Assembly (NCBI GenBank): GCA_034660395.1
Contig: JAYEJA010000064.1
Location: forward strand, 1-56,651
Source of the DNA: Actinomycetota bacterium
GTDB lineage: Bacteria > Actinomycetota > Humimicrobiia > Humimicrobiales > Humimicrobiaceae
Direction: 5' to 3'
Length of the DNA: 56,651 bases
The notes under the pieces are model-generated. The model made no database searches, was not told where the DNA came from, and was given only the letters and a program-made list of their open reading frames with translations. The position numbers and the translations under genes are program-made. Of the stretch, positions 28,257 to 37,827 are shown in pieces; position 1 is the stretch's first letter, and each line of letters starts with the position of its first letter.

Positions 28257-29462
28257 TTAAATAAGAGGTTTTCCGCTTTTAATTCTCTTTATAAGCATGG
28301 GCACCACCTCAAACAAATCTCCCACTACTCCGTAATTTGCCACTTCAAATATGGAAGCATCCGGGTCTTTATTTACTGCAATTATAATATCCGACGTCTG
28401 CATGCCCGCAAGATGCTGAATTGCCCCGGATATGCCGCAGGCAATATATATTTTAGGATTAACCGTCTTTCCGGTCTGTCCCACCTGGTGGGGATAGGAT
28501 ATCCATCCCGAGTCAACTGCGGCTCTTGAAGCTCCGACAACTCCTCCAAGCAGGCCGGCAAGTTCCTCAAGCATTGAAAATTTTTCGCTTCCGCCCAGCC
28601 CTCTCCCGCCGGATACAACCACATCATAATCTGTAATATTTATATTCTCGTTAAGCTCCCTGTCAACACCAATTAAATTATATTCTGTCTTAAATTCTGA
28701 CCTTTCAACCTTTATATGCTCAATTCTGTCCTCATAATTTTTTGAGCTTCCCTTATTTTTTTTCTTTTCCATCACATGGGGCCTTACAGTAGCCATCTGC
28801 GGCCTTACATTTCTGGTAATAATTGTAGCAAGAATATTGCCTCCAAAAGTCGGCCTGGTCTGGAGAAGTATCTTTTTTTCTTCATCTATTTCAAGGCCGG
28901 TACAATCTGCCGTAAGCCCGGTTCTTAAAATAGCTGCAACTTTTGGAATCAGCGTTCTGCCGAACCATGTAGCTCCCGCAAGGAATATTTCAGGTTTATA
29001 TTTTGCTATTGTCTTTACCAGAATTCTGGAAAAAATATCATCAATATTATTAGAAAAAACAGGACTATCTGCTAAATACAGTTTGTCCAGACCGTAATCA
29101 AACGCTTCCATTGCACTTTCCTTAATTCCGCTTCCTACTGCCAGCGCAGTAAGCTTAACCCCGAGCTTACCAGCAAGTTCCCTGCCCTTGCTTACCAGTT
29201 CAAATCCGACATCCGATACAGTTTTTCCGTTTGCTTCAAGGTAAACACATACGCCGCTGTAACCTGAAAAATCTTTTTCCTCTTCATCAATACCGGAAAT
29301 CTCTATAGAATTAAACCTGCATACGTCAACACATGCCCCGCAAAAAACGCAGTTTTCGTTAATTGCCGCTTTGCCGTCAATTATATCTATGGCATCATAA
29401 AGGCATGCCTTTTTACATAAACCACAACCGGTACAGGTTTTTTTATCTACTTTAATTTCCAA
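28257..29462 (-). CDS. etfA: Electron transfer flavoprotein alpha subunit with N-terminal 2x[4Fe-4S] ferredoxin domain
   Basis: CTGCGLCKKAC and CVFCGACVDVC; GLTADCT, RPTFGG, QVGQTGK, GISGAIQH. Confidence 0.95.
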   Translation of the reverse strand: MEIKVDKKTCTGCGLCKKACLYDAIDIIDGKAAINENCVFCGACVDVCRFNSIEISGIDEEEKDFSGYSGVCVYLEANGKTVSDVGFELVSKGRELAGKLGVKLTALAVGSGIKESAMEAFDYGLDKLYLADSPVFSNNIDDIFSRILVKTIAKYKPEIFLAGATWFGRTLIPKVAAILRTGLTADCTGLEIDEEKKILLQTRPTFGGNILATIITRNVRPQMATVRPHVMEKKKNKGSSKNYEDRIEHIKVERSEFKTEYNLIGVDRELNENINITDYDVVVSGGRGLGGSEKFSMLEELAGLLGGVVGASRAAVDSGWISYPHQVGQTGKTVNPKIYIACGISGAIQHLAGMQTSDIIIAVNKDPDASIFEVANYGVVGDLFEVVPMLIKRIKSGKPLI

Positions 29463-29479
29463 AACTTATCAGCTCCCTG

Positions 29480-30283
29480 CTATACTACATTCAACTGTTT
29501 TAATATTTTATTTAACTCCTCTACCTTCTCTTCAATGGCGCCTTCGATCATTTTTGTTTCGTGCCTTATCCTCGGAGTAAAAATCTTTACAACCTTTGTA
29601 TATGAACCTGAAAGGCCCACTTCCTTCTCATCCGCTTCAATCTCCTTCTTGCCCCATACAGGTATAACTGCATTCTTTGCCTTCACCTTCCCCTTTAGCG
29701 AAGGCACCCTGGGTACATTTATATCTTTTATCACCGAGATAGCCGCAGGCAGGCTTATTTCAAAATTTTCATATCTATCTTCCATCAGCCTTTTAAGCTT
29801 TATCTTATTTTTATCCAGTTTTTCAATACCGCTTACATAACCAAGAAAAGGTATTTTCATCTTTTGTGCCAGCTCCGGTCCCACCTGCCCGGTGTCACCG
29901 TCAATTGTCTGTTTTCCCAGTATGATCAACCTGCAGTCCCCGATTTTTTTTATACCCCTGGCCAGTGTAGAAGCAGTAGCCCATGTATCTGCACCTGCAA
30001 ATGCCCTGTCCGAAAGAAGCACCGCACTGTCAGCTCCCAGAGAAACAGCTTCCCTCAGTATCTCCTCGGATTGAGGGGGTCCCATCGTAATTGCGGTTAC
30101 TTCTATATCTTTATCATTAAACCTTTCCTTTAACCTTACTGCCTCTTCAATTGCATAGGAATCAAGGGGATTCATTATGTTTTCAATCCCCTCCCTTTTA
30201 AGGGTGTTTGTTTCAGGGTCTATCTTAATTTCCGTAGAACCCGGGACCTGTTTTATACACACAATAATTTTAACCTTAATCAC
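29480..30283 (-). CDS. etfB: Electron transfer flavoprotein beta subunit
   Basis: IVCIKQVP, TMGPP, FAGADT, GKQTIDGDTGQVG. Confidence 0.95.
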   Translation of the reverse strand: MIKVKIIVCIKQVPGSTEIKIDPETNTLKREGIENIMNPLDSYAIEEAVRLKERFNDKDIEVTAITMGPPQSEEILREAVSLGADSAVLLSDRAFAGADTWATASTLARGIKKIGDCRLIILGKQTIDGDTGQVGPELAQKMKIPFLGYVSGIEKLDKNKIKLKRLMEDRYENFEISLPAAISVIKDINVPRVPSLKGKVKAKNAVIPVWGKKEIEADEKEVGLSGSYTKVVKIFTPRIRHETKMIEGAIEEKVEELNKILKQLNVV

Positions 30284-30410
30284 CTTCCTATTTTTTAAAG
30301 ATTTCTTTTTGTTTAAATGTACTGTAAATAAAAAACTTATTTTAGAAATATACTAAGCTTTAAATTATAAAAGAGAAAAAAATAAGCTCGCGTAATTCCC
30401 TGGAAACTTT

Positions 30411-31562
30411 CTACATAAATCCTTTTTTTATCATATCCAGTGCAATTATATTTCTCATAATCTGATTGGTCCCTTCATAAATCTGGGTTATCTTCGCATC
30501 CCTCATCATCTTTTCCAGGGGATACTCTTTCATATATCCATAACCCCCCAGTATTTGAAGGGCATCAACCGTGACCTTCATTGCAACATCGCTTGCAAAT
30601 AGTTTTGCCATTGACGAAATCCGGGCGATATTTTTTTCTCCGCTGTCAATCACCTTTGCAGCATGATAAACAAGTGACCTGGCCGCCTCGATACTGGTAG
30701 CCATATCGGCGAGCATGTGCTGGATTGACTGGAACGATGATATCGAAGAGCCAAACTGCTTTCTTACTTTAGAATAATTAAGGGCTTCTTCCATCGCTGC
30801 CTGGGCAATCCCTACACCCTGGGCTCCTACCGGCGTTCTTGACTGGTCAAAAGTTCTCATTGCAGTAACAAAGCCCATCCCTTCTCTGCCAAGCAAATTT
30901 TCCACCGGTACTTTGCAATCCGTAAATATAAGTTCCCTTGTCGCAGAACTTCGCATTCCGAGCTTATTCTCCTTCTTGCCAAATTCAAATCCAGGCGTTC
31001 CTTTTTCAACAATAATTGTGCTTATGCCTCTTACCCCTTTTTCAGGATTTGTTACGGCAAATATGGTATAAATGTCTGCCTCGCCGCCATTGGATATCCA
31101 CTGCTTGGTACCATTTAAGATATAATGGTCTCCTTTTTTAACCGCAGTGGTTTTTATATTTCCAACATCGCTGCCTGCCTCTGCTTCAGTTAATCCAAAA
31201 GCTGCAAGCTTGCTTCCGCCTGCGAATGGGGGCAGGAACTTTTTCTTCTGCTTTTCACTTCCCGCTATAAGTATCGGTATAATACCAAGACCCGATGCTG
31301 CAAAAGTTGTCGCAATACCAAGATCTCCCCGGCTAAGTTCCTCTGTAGCCAGACATACTTCAAATATACCGGCTTCCATACCTTCATACTCTTCTGGAAT
31401 AAACAATCTGAAAAGGTCGCTTTTCCCTATCTCTTTAATTATATCCCCTGGAAACTCTTCTTTTTCATCAAGCTCAGCCCTTATGGGAATTATTCTCTCA
31501 TCAACTATCTGCCTGCAGATATCAACAATCATCTTCTGTTCATCGGTTAAAAAATATCTCAT
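30411..31562 (-). CDS. Acyl-CoA (butyryl-CoA-type) dehydrogenase
   Basis: FGLTEAEAGSD, NGTKQWISNG, RKQFG, GGYGY, IYEGTNQI. Confidence 0.93.
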   Translation of the reverse strand: MRYFLTDEQKMIVDICRQIVDERIIPIRAELDEKEEFPGDIIKEIGKSDLFRLFIPEEYEGMEAGIFEVCLATEELSRGDLGIATTFAASGLGIIPILIAGSEKQKKKFLPPFAGGSKLAAFGLTEAEAGSDVGNIKTTAVKKGDHYILNGTKQWISNGGEADIYTIFAVTNPEKGVRGISTIIVEKGTPGFEFGKKENKLGMRSSATRELIFTDCKVPVENLLGREGMGFVTAMRTFDQSRTPVGAQGVGIAQAAMEEALNYSKVRKQFGSSISSFQSIQHMLADMATSIEAARSLVYHAAKVIDSGEKNIARISSMAKLFASDVAMKVTVDALQILGGYGYMKEYPLEKMMRDAKITQIYEGTNQIMRNIIALDMIKKGFM

Positions 31563-31803
31563 AAATCCTCCGGTTGTAAAATAATCCTATCCTTGAATAT
31601 TTTAAAACTATTTACAAAAAAGACGGGGGCAAAACTCAATAGTTTCACTATTTGGAGTTTAAATACCTATTATCTAATTTTTTACGGTGAAACTTTATAT
31701 ATATAGAAGCGTCTTAACAAAAGACTTTGGAGCTTTACTAATATATGTATTTTGCATAAGATATTTTTTAAATCTTAAAAATCTATTCTACGGAGACCTG
31801 GTT

Positions 31804-32454
31804 ATGTATAATAGACTAAACTCTAATGCCGTAAAAATTAAGGGGAGTTATATAGGAAGCAGTATTCTCTCCAATGCAGGTATCAACCTGGCTTTTTCTT
31901 TTATATTCGCTCTCCTTATGGCCATCTCGGCAAACTCTTTTATATACCTGCCTTTTACTCCCGTCCCTATAACTACGCAGGTGCTGACTGTTCTTCTTTC
32001 CGGACTGTTTCTGGGCAGCAGGTGGGCTTTTGCGAGCCAGGTTATTTATATACTCATGGGACTAATGGGACTCCCGGTATTTAGCGGGTTTAAAAACGGC
32101 ATAATTGCACTGGCGGGGCCTACAGGAGGGTACATCATCGGTTTTATGGCAGCTGCATTCATTGTCGGCTATATTTATGAGAATTCAGAAAAAAATTCCG
32201 GCAGCGGTCCGGTCAGTCTAATTACATGCGCCATATCCTGCATTACAGGAGTAATACTGATTCACCTTTTCGGATTTATTCATCTTGCATCTTATTTTTA
32301 TATTTTACAGGGCGCCGGTTCCGTTTACGGTACATTAATCAAAACATGGCAGCTGGGTACAAGACCATTCCTTATAATAGACCTTTTAAAAATTATTTTT
32401 GCGGTAATTATTATAAATTTAAAGGTAAAAAATGAAAAAAATAAAAATAAATGA
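31804..32454 (+). CDS. bioY: Biotin transporter BioY
   Basis: PFTPVPITTQ, GLPVFSG, GPTGGYIIGF. Start moved to ATG31804 (SD GGAG). Confidence 0.93.
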   Translation: MYNRLNSNAVKIKGSYIGSSILSNAGINLAFSFIFALLMAISANSFIYLPFTPVPITTQVLTVLLSGLFLGSRWAFASQVIYILMGLMGLPVFSGFKNGIIALAGPTGGYIIGFMAAAFIVGYIYENSEKNSGSGPVSLITCAISCITGVILIHLFGFIHLASYFYILQGAGSVYGTLIKTWQLGTRPFLIIDLLKIIFAVIIINLKVKNEKNKNK

Positions 32455-34279
32455 TATTACCTTAAGAGAAATATTTCAGAATACAGACCTGAAGTATCTG
32501 GATATAGATACGTTTGATATGATTCTAAGTCATATTAACGACCTTGACTACAACAGTCTTGAAATTATGGGAGCTTCAAGCTTTGAAAGAATCCTTGAAA
32601 GCAACTTTAACCTTACCCCTCTGGCACTTATATCATACATCAAGAATAAAGTCCCCTCCATTCCGCTCAAGATACTTATCGGAGCAAGGAATATGCTGGG
32701 ACTGGAAGTATATTCAGATGATATTATAAAAAGATCCATAAGGCAGTGTTCGAAAAATGGTATAGATATTTTTAAAGTATATGACTCACTAAACAACATT
32801 GAAAATCTTAAATATACCGCATCGCTGGTTGTGGAAAGCGGCTCTTCCTGCCAGGGCACGATTATATATGATAACAGCAGAAACATGGATTTTTATCTAA
32901 AAACCGCCAGAGAACTGGAAAAAAGCGGCTGTAAAAGTATATGTATAAAAGACGTAGAGTCAACGATTGTTCCCAAAAAAGCAGAGGAACTATTTAAAGC
33001 TCTGAATAGTGAAGTTAGTATACCTAAATTTTTTAGCGCATCTAATTTAAGGGGACTTCAGATAGTAAATTACTATAAGGCCTGCCAGGGCGGATGTGAC
33101 GGAGTGGATCTCAGTTTTCTCCCCTCATCCTATAGTGACAGCAGCCATACCGTATTTTTATTTTTATTAAGCTTAAAGGATACGGGTATTTCACATAACC
33201 TCGGGCATTCAGAATTAATCCAGCTTAATGACATCATTAAAATGCACATTTATCCTTTTATAAAGCAGGATTTGTTTTCAACGAATTTTATCCACAGCAG
33301 TATAAATAAAAACCTCCTTCCCAGCTGGCTCATTTCCAGCATTAACAACCAGCTTGCTGAAATAGGCGAAACTGAGTCCATAGATTCCGTACTTGAAGAA
33401 GTTTTTAAAATAAAAAATGAGATAGGAAACCCCACGCTTGCTACTCCCATAGGCCAGATTGTAGGCAGCCAGGCCATACTTAACAGTGTGGTATCCGACT
33501 CAAGATGGGATATATTATGTGACGAAATAAAAAAGCTAATTTTGGGATACTACGGAGAACTTCCCGGCAAAACCGATAAAAGGATTCTTGATAAATTAGA
33601 AAGCTCCTCTGATAACAGTAAATTAAAAAATAATTTAAAAATTAAAGACAATTATGATCAGTACAAAAATGAACTTCTAAGCCTTTCGGATAAGGAAGAG
33701 GATATACTTTGCTATTGTTTTTACCCTGAAAAAACCAGGAAATTTCTTGAGAAAAAAAAGGCCGGACATAAAAAAACACCATCAATAAAGGATTCCGTAC
33801 CAATTACGGAAGACATCAGCTTTAAAGGTAAAAAGACCGGCCAGCTGGCAAAACTTGACAATATAGATATTAAGAAAATCCGGGAAATAACCAACCTTGT
33901 AGAAACCAGCAATATTGAAGAAATAAAGCTGGAAGTTGAAGGAGTCAAGATTTCTATAAATAATCCTGGACAAAAGAACATAGAGAAACCGGCAGTAAAA
34001 GAAAAGGCATCCGGGCCGGTAAATAAAAAATCCAGTGAAACAAGAGAAATAAAATCTCCCATAGTCGGTACATTCTACTCCTCTTCTTCACCTGATAGTC
34101 CTCCATTTGTAAATATAGGCGACAGTGTTAAAAAGGGTGACGCGCTTTGCGTTATTGAAGCCATGAAACTCATGAATAAAATTAACTCAGAATATGATGG
34201 CAAGATAACAGATATACTGGTATCCAATGAAGAGGCAGTGGAGTTTGACCAGACATTAATGATTCTAAGAAAAGATTGA
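32432..34279 (+). CDS. accB: Degenerate PycB/OadA-like carboxyltransferase domain fused to biotin carboxyl carrier protein AccB
   Basis: N-terminal 'DITLRE...CIKD...TPIGQIVGSQA' fold remnants. C-terminal 'IDIKKIREI...IEEIKLE' AccB N-segment plus SPIVGTFY...EAMK. Confidence 0.85.
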   Translation: MKKIKINDITLREIFQNTDLKYLDIDTFDMILSHINDLDYNSLEIMGASSFERILESNFNLTPLALISYIKNKVPSIPLKILIGARNMLGLEVYSDDIIKRSIRQCSKNGIDIFKVYDSLNNIENLKYTASLVVESGSSCQGTIIYDNSRNMDFYLKTARELEKSGCKSICIKDVESTIVPKKAEELFKALNSEVSIPKFFSASNLRGLQIVNYYKACQGGCDGVDLSFLPSSYSDSSHTVFLFLLSLKDTGISHNLGHSELIQLNDIIKMHIYPFIKQDLFSTNFIHSSINKNLLPSWLISSINNQLAEIGETESIDSVLEEVFKIKNEIGNPTLATPIGQIVGSQAILNSVVSDSRWDILCDEIKKLILGYYGELPGKTDKRILDKLESSSDNSKLKNNLKIKDNYDQYKNELLSLSDKEEDILCYCFYPEKTRKFLEKKKAGHKKTPSIKDSVPITEDISFKGKKTGQLAKLDNIDIKKIREITNLVETSNIEEIKLEVEGVKISINNPGQKNIEKPAVKEKASGPVNKKSSETREIKSPIVGTFYSSSSPDSPPFVNIGDSVKKGDALCVIEAMKLMNKINSEYDGKITDILVSNEEAVEFDQTLMILRKD

Positions 34280-34289
34280 GAATAGCCAT

Positions 34290-35636
34290 ATGTTTAAAAG
34301 AATACTTATCGCAAACAGAGGTGAAATAGCCGTAAGGATAATCAGGGCCTGCAGAGAATTAGGGATTGAAAGTGTTTCTGTATATTCAACCGCAGATAAA
34401 AATTCCATCCATACAAAACTTTCAGATAAAAGCATCTGTATCGGGGCTCCTCCATCATCAAAAAGTTATCTAAACATAGAGAATATAATTACTGCTGCAC
34501 AGATAACAGGATGCGATGCCGTACATCCTGGTTATGGATTTCTGGCGGAAAACCCGGCATTTGTTAATGCCTGCAAGCAAAACAACATTATTTTTATAGG
34601 CCCTCCAGCCGAAATAATTTCCCTGGCAGGAAATAAATCAAAAGCTATAGAGATAATGCAGCGTAATAAAATACCTGTTATACCGGGTTCGTCCGGCAAT
34701 GTAGAAAACGTTAAAAAAGCATTAAGATTGGGCAAAAAGCTTGGTTATCCGATAATAATTAAAGCATCATTCGGCGGAGGCGGCAAGGGAATGAAAATCT
34801 GCAACAATAAAAAAGGTCTCGTAAACCATTTTCCAATGGCAAAATCAGAGTCCGAGTCCTCTTTCGGCAATGGGGAAGTTTACATAGAAAAATATATTCC
34901 GAAACCAAGACACATCGAATTCCAGATTATTGCAGACAATTATGGAAATATTACATGCGTGGGAGAAAGGGAATGCTCCATACAGAGAAGACACCAGAAA
35001 CTAATTGAAGAGTCCCCTGCAGTAAAGCTTTCACCAAAAACCAGCAGGCTGATGAGAGAATTAGCAGTCAGGGCGGCACGGGCAATAAATTATAAAAATA
35101 TAGGAACTATAGAATTTCTTCTGGACAGCCAGGAAAACTTTTATTTTATTGAAATAAATACAAGGATACAGGTAGAGCATCCTATAACAGAGATGGTCAC
35201 AGGAATTGACCTTGCGAGAGAACAGATAAAGCTTGCCGCAGGACAAAAAATCGATGATTCAAACGAAAACTTCAAACCCCGCGGCCATTCCATAGAGTTC
35301 AGGATTAATGCTGAAGATACAGATAATAATTTTAAGCCCTGCCCGGGAAGAATAAAAGATATCTTCCTGCCCGGAGGACCCGGAATAAGAATTGACACAT
35401 TCATTCATTCCGGCTGTGAAGTTTCCCCTTTTTACGATTCACTTATAGCCAAGCTTATAGTGTGGGACAGTACCAGAGAAGAAGCAATTTTAAAATCCCG
35501 GAGGGCGCTTGACGAGTTTAAAATAGAAGGAATCAAAACAACCATACCTTTCTATAAAAAAATCGTACAGAGCAAAAATTTTATGGAAGGCAATATTCAT
35601 ACCCACTTCATTGAAGAAGAAATTATTGGTCAATAA
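34290..35636 (+). CDS. accC: Biotin carboxylase
   Basis: LIANRGEIA, HPGYGFLAEN, GGGGKGM, ERECSIQRRHQK, NTRIQVEH, YDSLIAK. Confidence 0.97.
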   Translation: MFKRILIANRGEIAVRIIRACRELGIESVSVYSTADKNSIHTKLSDKSICIGAPPSSKSYLNIENIITAAQITGCDAVHPGYGFLAENPAFVNACKQNNIIFIGPPAEIISLAGNKSKAIEIMQRNKIPVIPGSSGNVENVKKALRLGKKLGYPIIIKASFGGGGKGMKICNNKKGLVNHFPMAKSESESSFGNGEVYIEKYIPKPRHIEFQIIADNYGNITCVGERECSIQRRHQKLIEESPAVKLSPKTSRLMRELAVRAARAINYKNIGTIEFLLDSQENFYFIEINTRIQVEHPITEMVTGIDLAREQIKLAAGQKIDDSNENFKPRGHSIEFRINAEDTDNNFKPCPGRIKDIFLPGGPGIRIDTFIHSGCEVSPFYDSLIAKLIVWDSTREEAILKSRRALDEFKIEGIKTTIPFYKKIVQSKNFMEGNIHTHFIEEEIIGQ

Positions 35637-36454
35637 TTAAAAATCTCTACAAGCTTTCCTTCTTTATCCCTCAAATAAAGGGTATCGTGGTCATTATTCC
35701 AGACCGGTCCGGTTCTATTCCAATAAAAGAGACCTCCTCCGTCTTCGCCGCTTCCGGTGAAAAGATATACCGGAACATGAGGTTCCATACGATATCTGCC
35801 GAATTTATAGATAGCCGTTCCGCTATCCTTGACAGACCACCCGTAAATATCAATAGATTCATCTCCATTATTTTCTATTACTACGTATTCATCAGATAAG
35901 TTTTTATTATCATTTCCTTCCGCATCATAATTCAAGCTGATAGTTATATTGCCTGTTTTCGAACTCTCCCATAATCCCATATTATCTGCCCTTGCGTTAC
36001 GCTCCGCCTCAACGAATTCCTCAGAATATTTAACATCTGGAGGATATGTATAACAGTTAGCAAAGCCTTTTCTTACCATCTCCAGATTAACAAACATTCC
36101 GTCTGCATACACATACCTCAGCAACCTTCCATATTTGTCCATTTCTGATATGTCTTTTTCCATTATTACTTCTCTTTCCAGAACCATTACCTTCAGAGCG
36201 TCCCTTGCCTCTTCAAAGAAATACATTCCGCGCTCGGGGGTATTAATACCGATCAGCCTGACCCTGCTGTTATTCGAAAGTATTATTGTGTCTCCGTCTA
36301 TTACCTCCCTTACTATATAGGCATCACTATTGCCCCTTATCCCCGACGTTTCCTCCTTATTGCCATAATCATAAAAGAGTCCGCAGCCATTTATAAAAAC
36401 TGCCATTATAATTATTGTCATAGGAAATGAAAAAGATTTTATCCTGATTAACAT
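35630..36454 (-). CDS. Lipoprotein thermonuclease (SNase) with C-terminal lamin-tail domain
   Basis: Lipobox-like INGC; VIDGDT, VRLIGINTPE, DKYGRLLRYV; LTD 'DEYVVIEN...WNNDHDT'. Confidence 0.9.
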   Translation of the reverse strand: MLIRIKSFSFPMTIIIMAVFINGCGLFYDYGNKEETSGIRGNSDAYIVREVIDGDTIILSNNSRVRLIGINTPERGMYFFEEARDALKVMVLEREVIMEKDISEMDKYGRLLRYVYADGMFVNLEMVRKGFANCYTYPPDVKYSEEFVEAERNARADNMGLWESSKTGNITISLNYDAEGNDNKNLSDEYVVIENNGDESIDIYGWSVKDSGTAIYKFGRYRMEPHVPVYLFTGSGEDGGGLFYWNRTGPVWNNDHDTLYLRDKEGKLVEIFNY

Positions 36455-36469
36455 CTGATAATATTTTTT

Positions 36470-36997
36470 TTATTTATCTGACTTTTTTGTTTCTTCATCC
36501 ATTTGCAGCTTCTTTTTGAGAGGGAAAAAATCCCTTCGCGGGTCACTTCTGCGGCCAATCATGGTCTCTCTTATCTTTTTTTTAAAATCCCTCAGCTCTA
36601 TATTGAATTCCCGGACAGATTTTCTGTAAACATTCTTTTTAAAAACCACCTTTTGCTGGAGGTAATCAGATGTAACAACAAAAGTTTTTTCGTATCCTTT
36701 TTTGGAAGCTGCTATTTCTTCAATAATATCATCAGCAGTTTCATCCTTCCTTGAATAAATGACTTCAACCCCATCTATTACACTCCTGCTCCTCCTCGGA
36801 TTAGCGCCTTTTCTTGCGTCAAAAACAACTATCACATCACAGCTTTTTAAGTTTTTGTACCACCCAAGATCATATATTAATTTTTCCTTTAAATACTCTA
36901 TTTTTCCCCTGCTTAATCTACCTGTTTTAAAAAAATTAAATATGAAATTATGGCCATCCACCACTATTAAACTTTTTTTATCAATCTCTTCCTTCAA
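36470..36997 (-). CDS. yacP: NYN-domain RNase, YacP/Rae1 family
   Basis: IVVDGHN, VVFDA, TADD.IE, VVTSD; follows rlmB as in Bacillus. Start placed at TTG36997 (SD AGGAG). Confidence 0.85.
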   Translation of the reverse strand: MKEEIDKKSLIVVDGHNFIFNFFKTGRLSRGKIEYLKEKLIYDLGWYKNLKSCDVIVVFDARKGANPRRSRSVIDGVEVIYSRKDETADDIIEEIAASKKGYEKTFVVTSDYLQQKVVFKKNVYRKSVREFNIELRDFKKKIRETMIGRRSDPRRDFFPLKKKLQMDEETKKSDK

Positions 36998-37772
36998 TCT
37001 GCTCCTGTATTCTATATAAAATAATACCGCTGGCAACTGAAACATTTAACGACTGCATTCTGCCGCTCAGCTTTATTGAAATCATAATATCACAATTGCT
37101 GCTTACTAATCTACTTATACCCTTATCTTCACTTCCCAGTATGAGTGCCATGGGAAATGTAAAACTAACTTCATCCAGGCTTTTTACCCCGGGTTTTATA
37201 TCGAGAGTAGTTCCGTAAATCCAGAAACCTCTCTTCTTTAATTCTTTTATCGTCCTCGTGGTATTAACTATCCTGAAAATTTTTACTTCCTCGAGCGCTC
37301 CTGCGGAAATTTTGCTGACTCTTTCACTTACAGCCACACTTCTCCTCTTCGGTATTATAATCCCCTTAAAACCAAACGCATGGCAGTTTCTTATTATTGA
37401 GCCGAAATTGCCCACATCTGTTACACCATCAAGAATTATTAACCGTAATTTACCGGAGCTTTTACTGCCGGTTTCTTTATCCATAAAGTCACCTAGATTT
37501 GAATAATTATAGGGCGATACTACGGCATACACGCCCTGGGAGCCGTTAATATTATTTAAAGTATCATCAGACCTGGAAGGAGTAAACTCTTTTATATCAA
37601 TATTTTGCTTTACCGCTTCTTTTATTATTTTTGTTACTTTTAAATCTTTTTTCCTTCGACTGCTAATAAGAATTTCATATATTTTTCTTTTTCCTGCATT
37701 AGTCCTGACAAGTGAGTATACCGGATTAATCCCGTATACCCGCTCGTAATTTTTGTCCCTGTTTTTAGCCAT
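36981..37772 (-). CDS. rlmB: 23S rRNA 2'-O-methyltransferase (TrmH family)
   Basis: LDGVTDVGNFGSIIR, LGSEDKG, SLNVSVA. Confidence 0.92.
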   Translation of the reverse strand: MAKNRDKNYERVYGINPVYSLVRTNAGKRKIYEILISSRRKKDLKVTKIIKEAVKQNIDIKEFTPSRSDDTLNNINGSQGVYAVVSPYNYSNLGDFMDKETGSKSSGKLRLIILDGVTDVGNFGSIIRNCHAFGFKGIIIPKRRSVAVSERVSKISAGALEEVKIFRIVNTTRTIKELKKRGFWIYGTTLDIKPGVKSLDEVSFTFPMALILGSEDKGISRLVSSNCDIMISIKLSGRMQSLNVSVASGIILYRIQEQIEGRD

Positions 37773-37827
37773 TTATATATATTTTTTTAAAACACCATAC
37801 GATATATAAGAAAGTACAAAATAAAAA

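Noticed and set aside
31600-31617. Rex-like operator TTGTAAA-TAGT-TTTAAAA upstream of the acyl-CoA dehydrogenase
   Set aside because: The context is plausible, but there are several mismatches in very AT-rich DNA. Not supportable without a PWM scan or evidence for rex.
36983-36985. Second AUU start, for yacP, overlapping the rlmB stop
   Set aside because: An in-frame TTG at 36997 with SD AGGAG is a simpler explanation.
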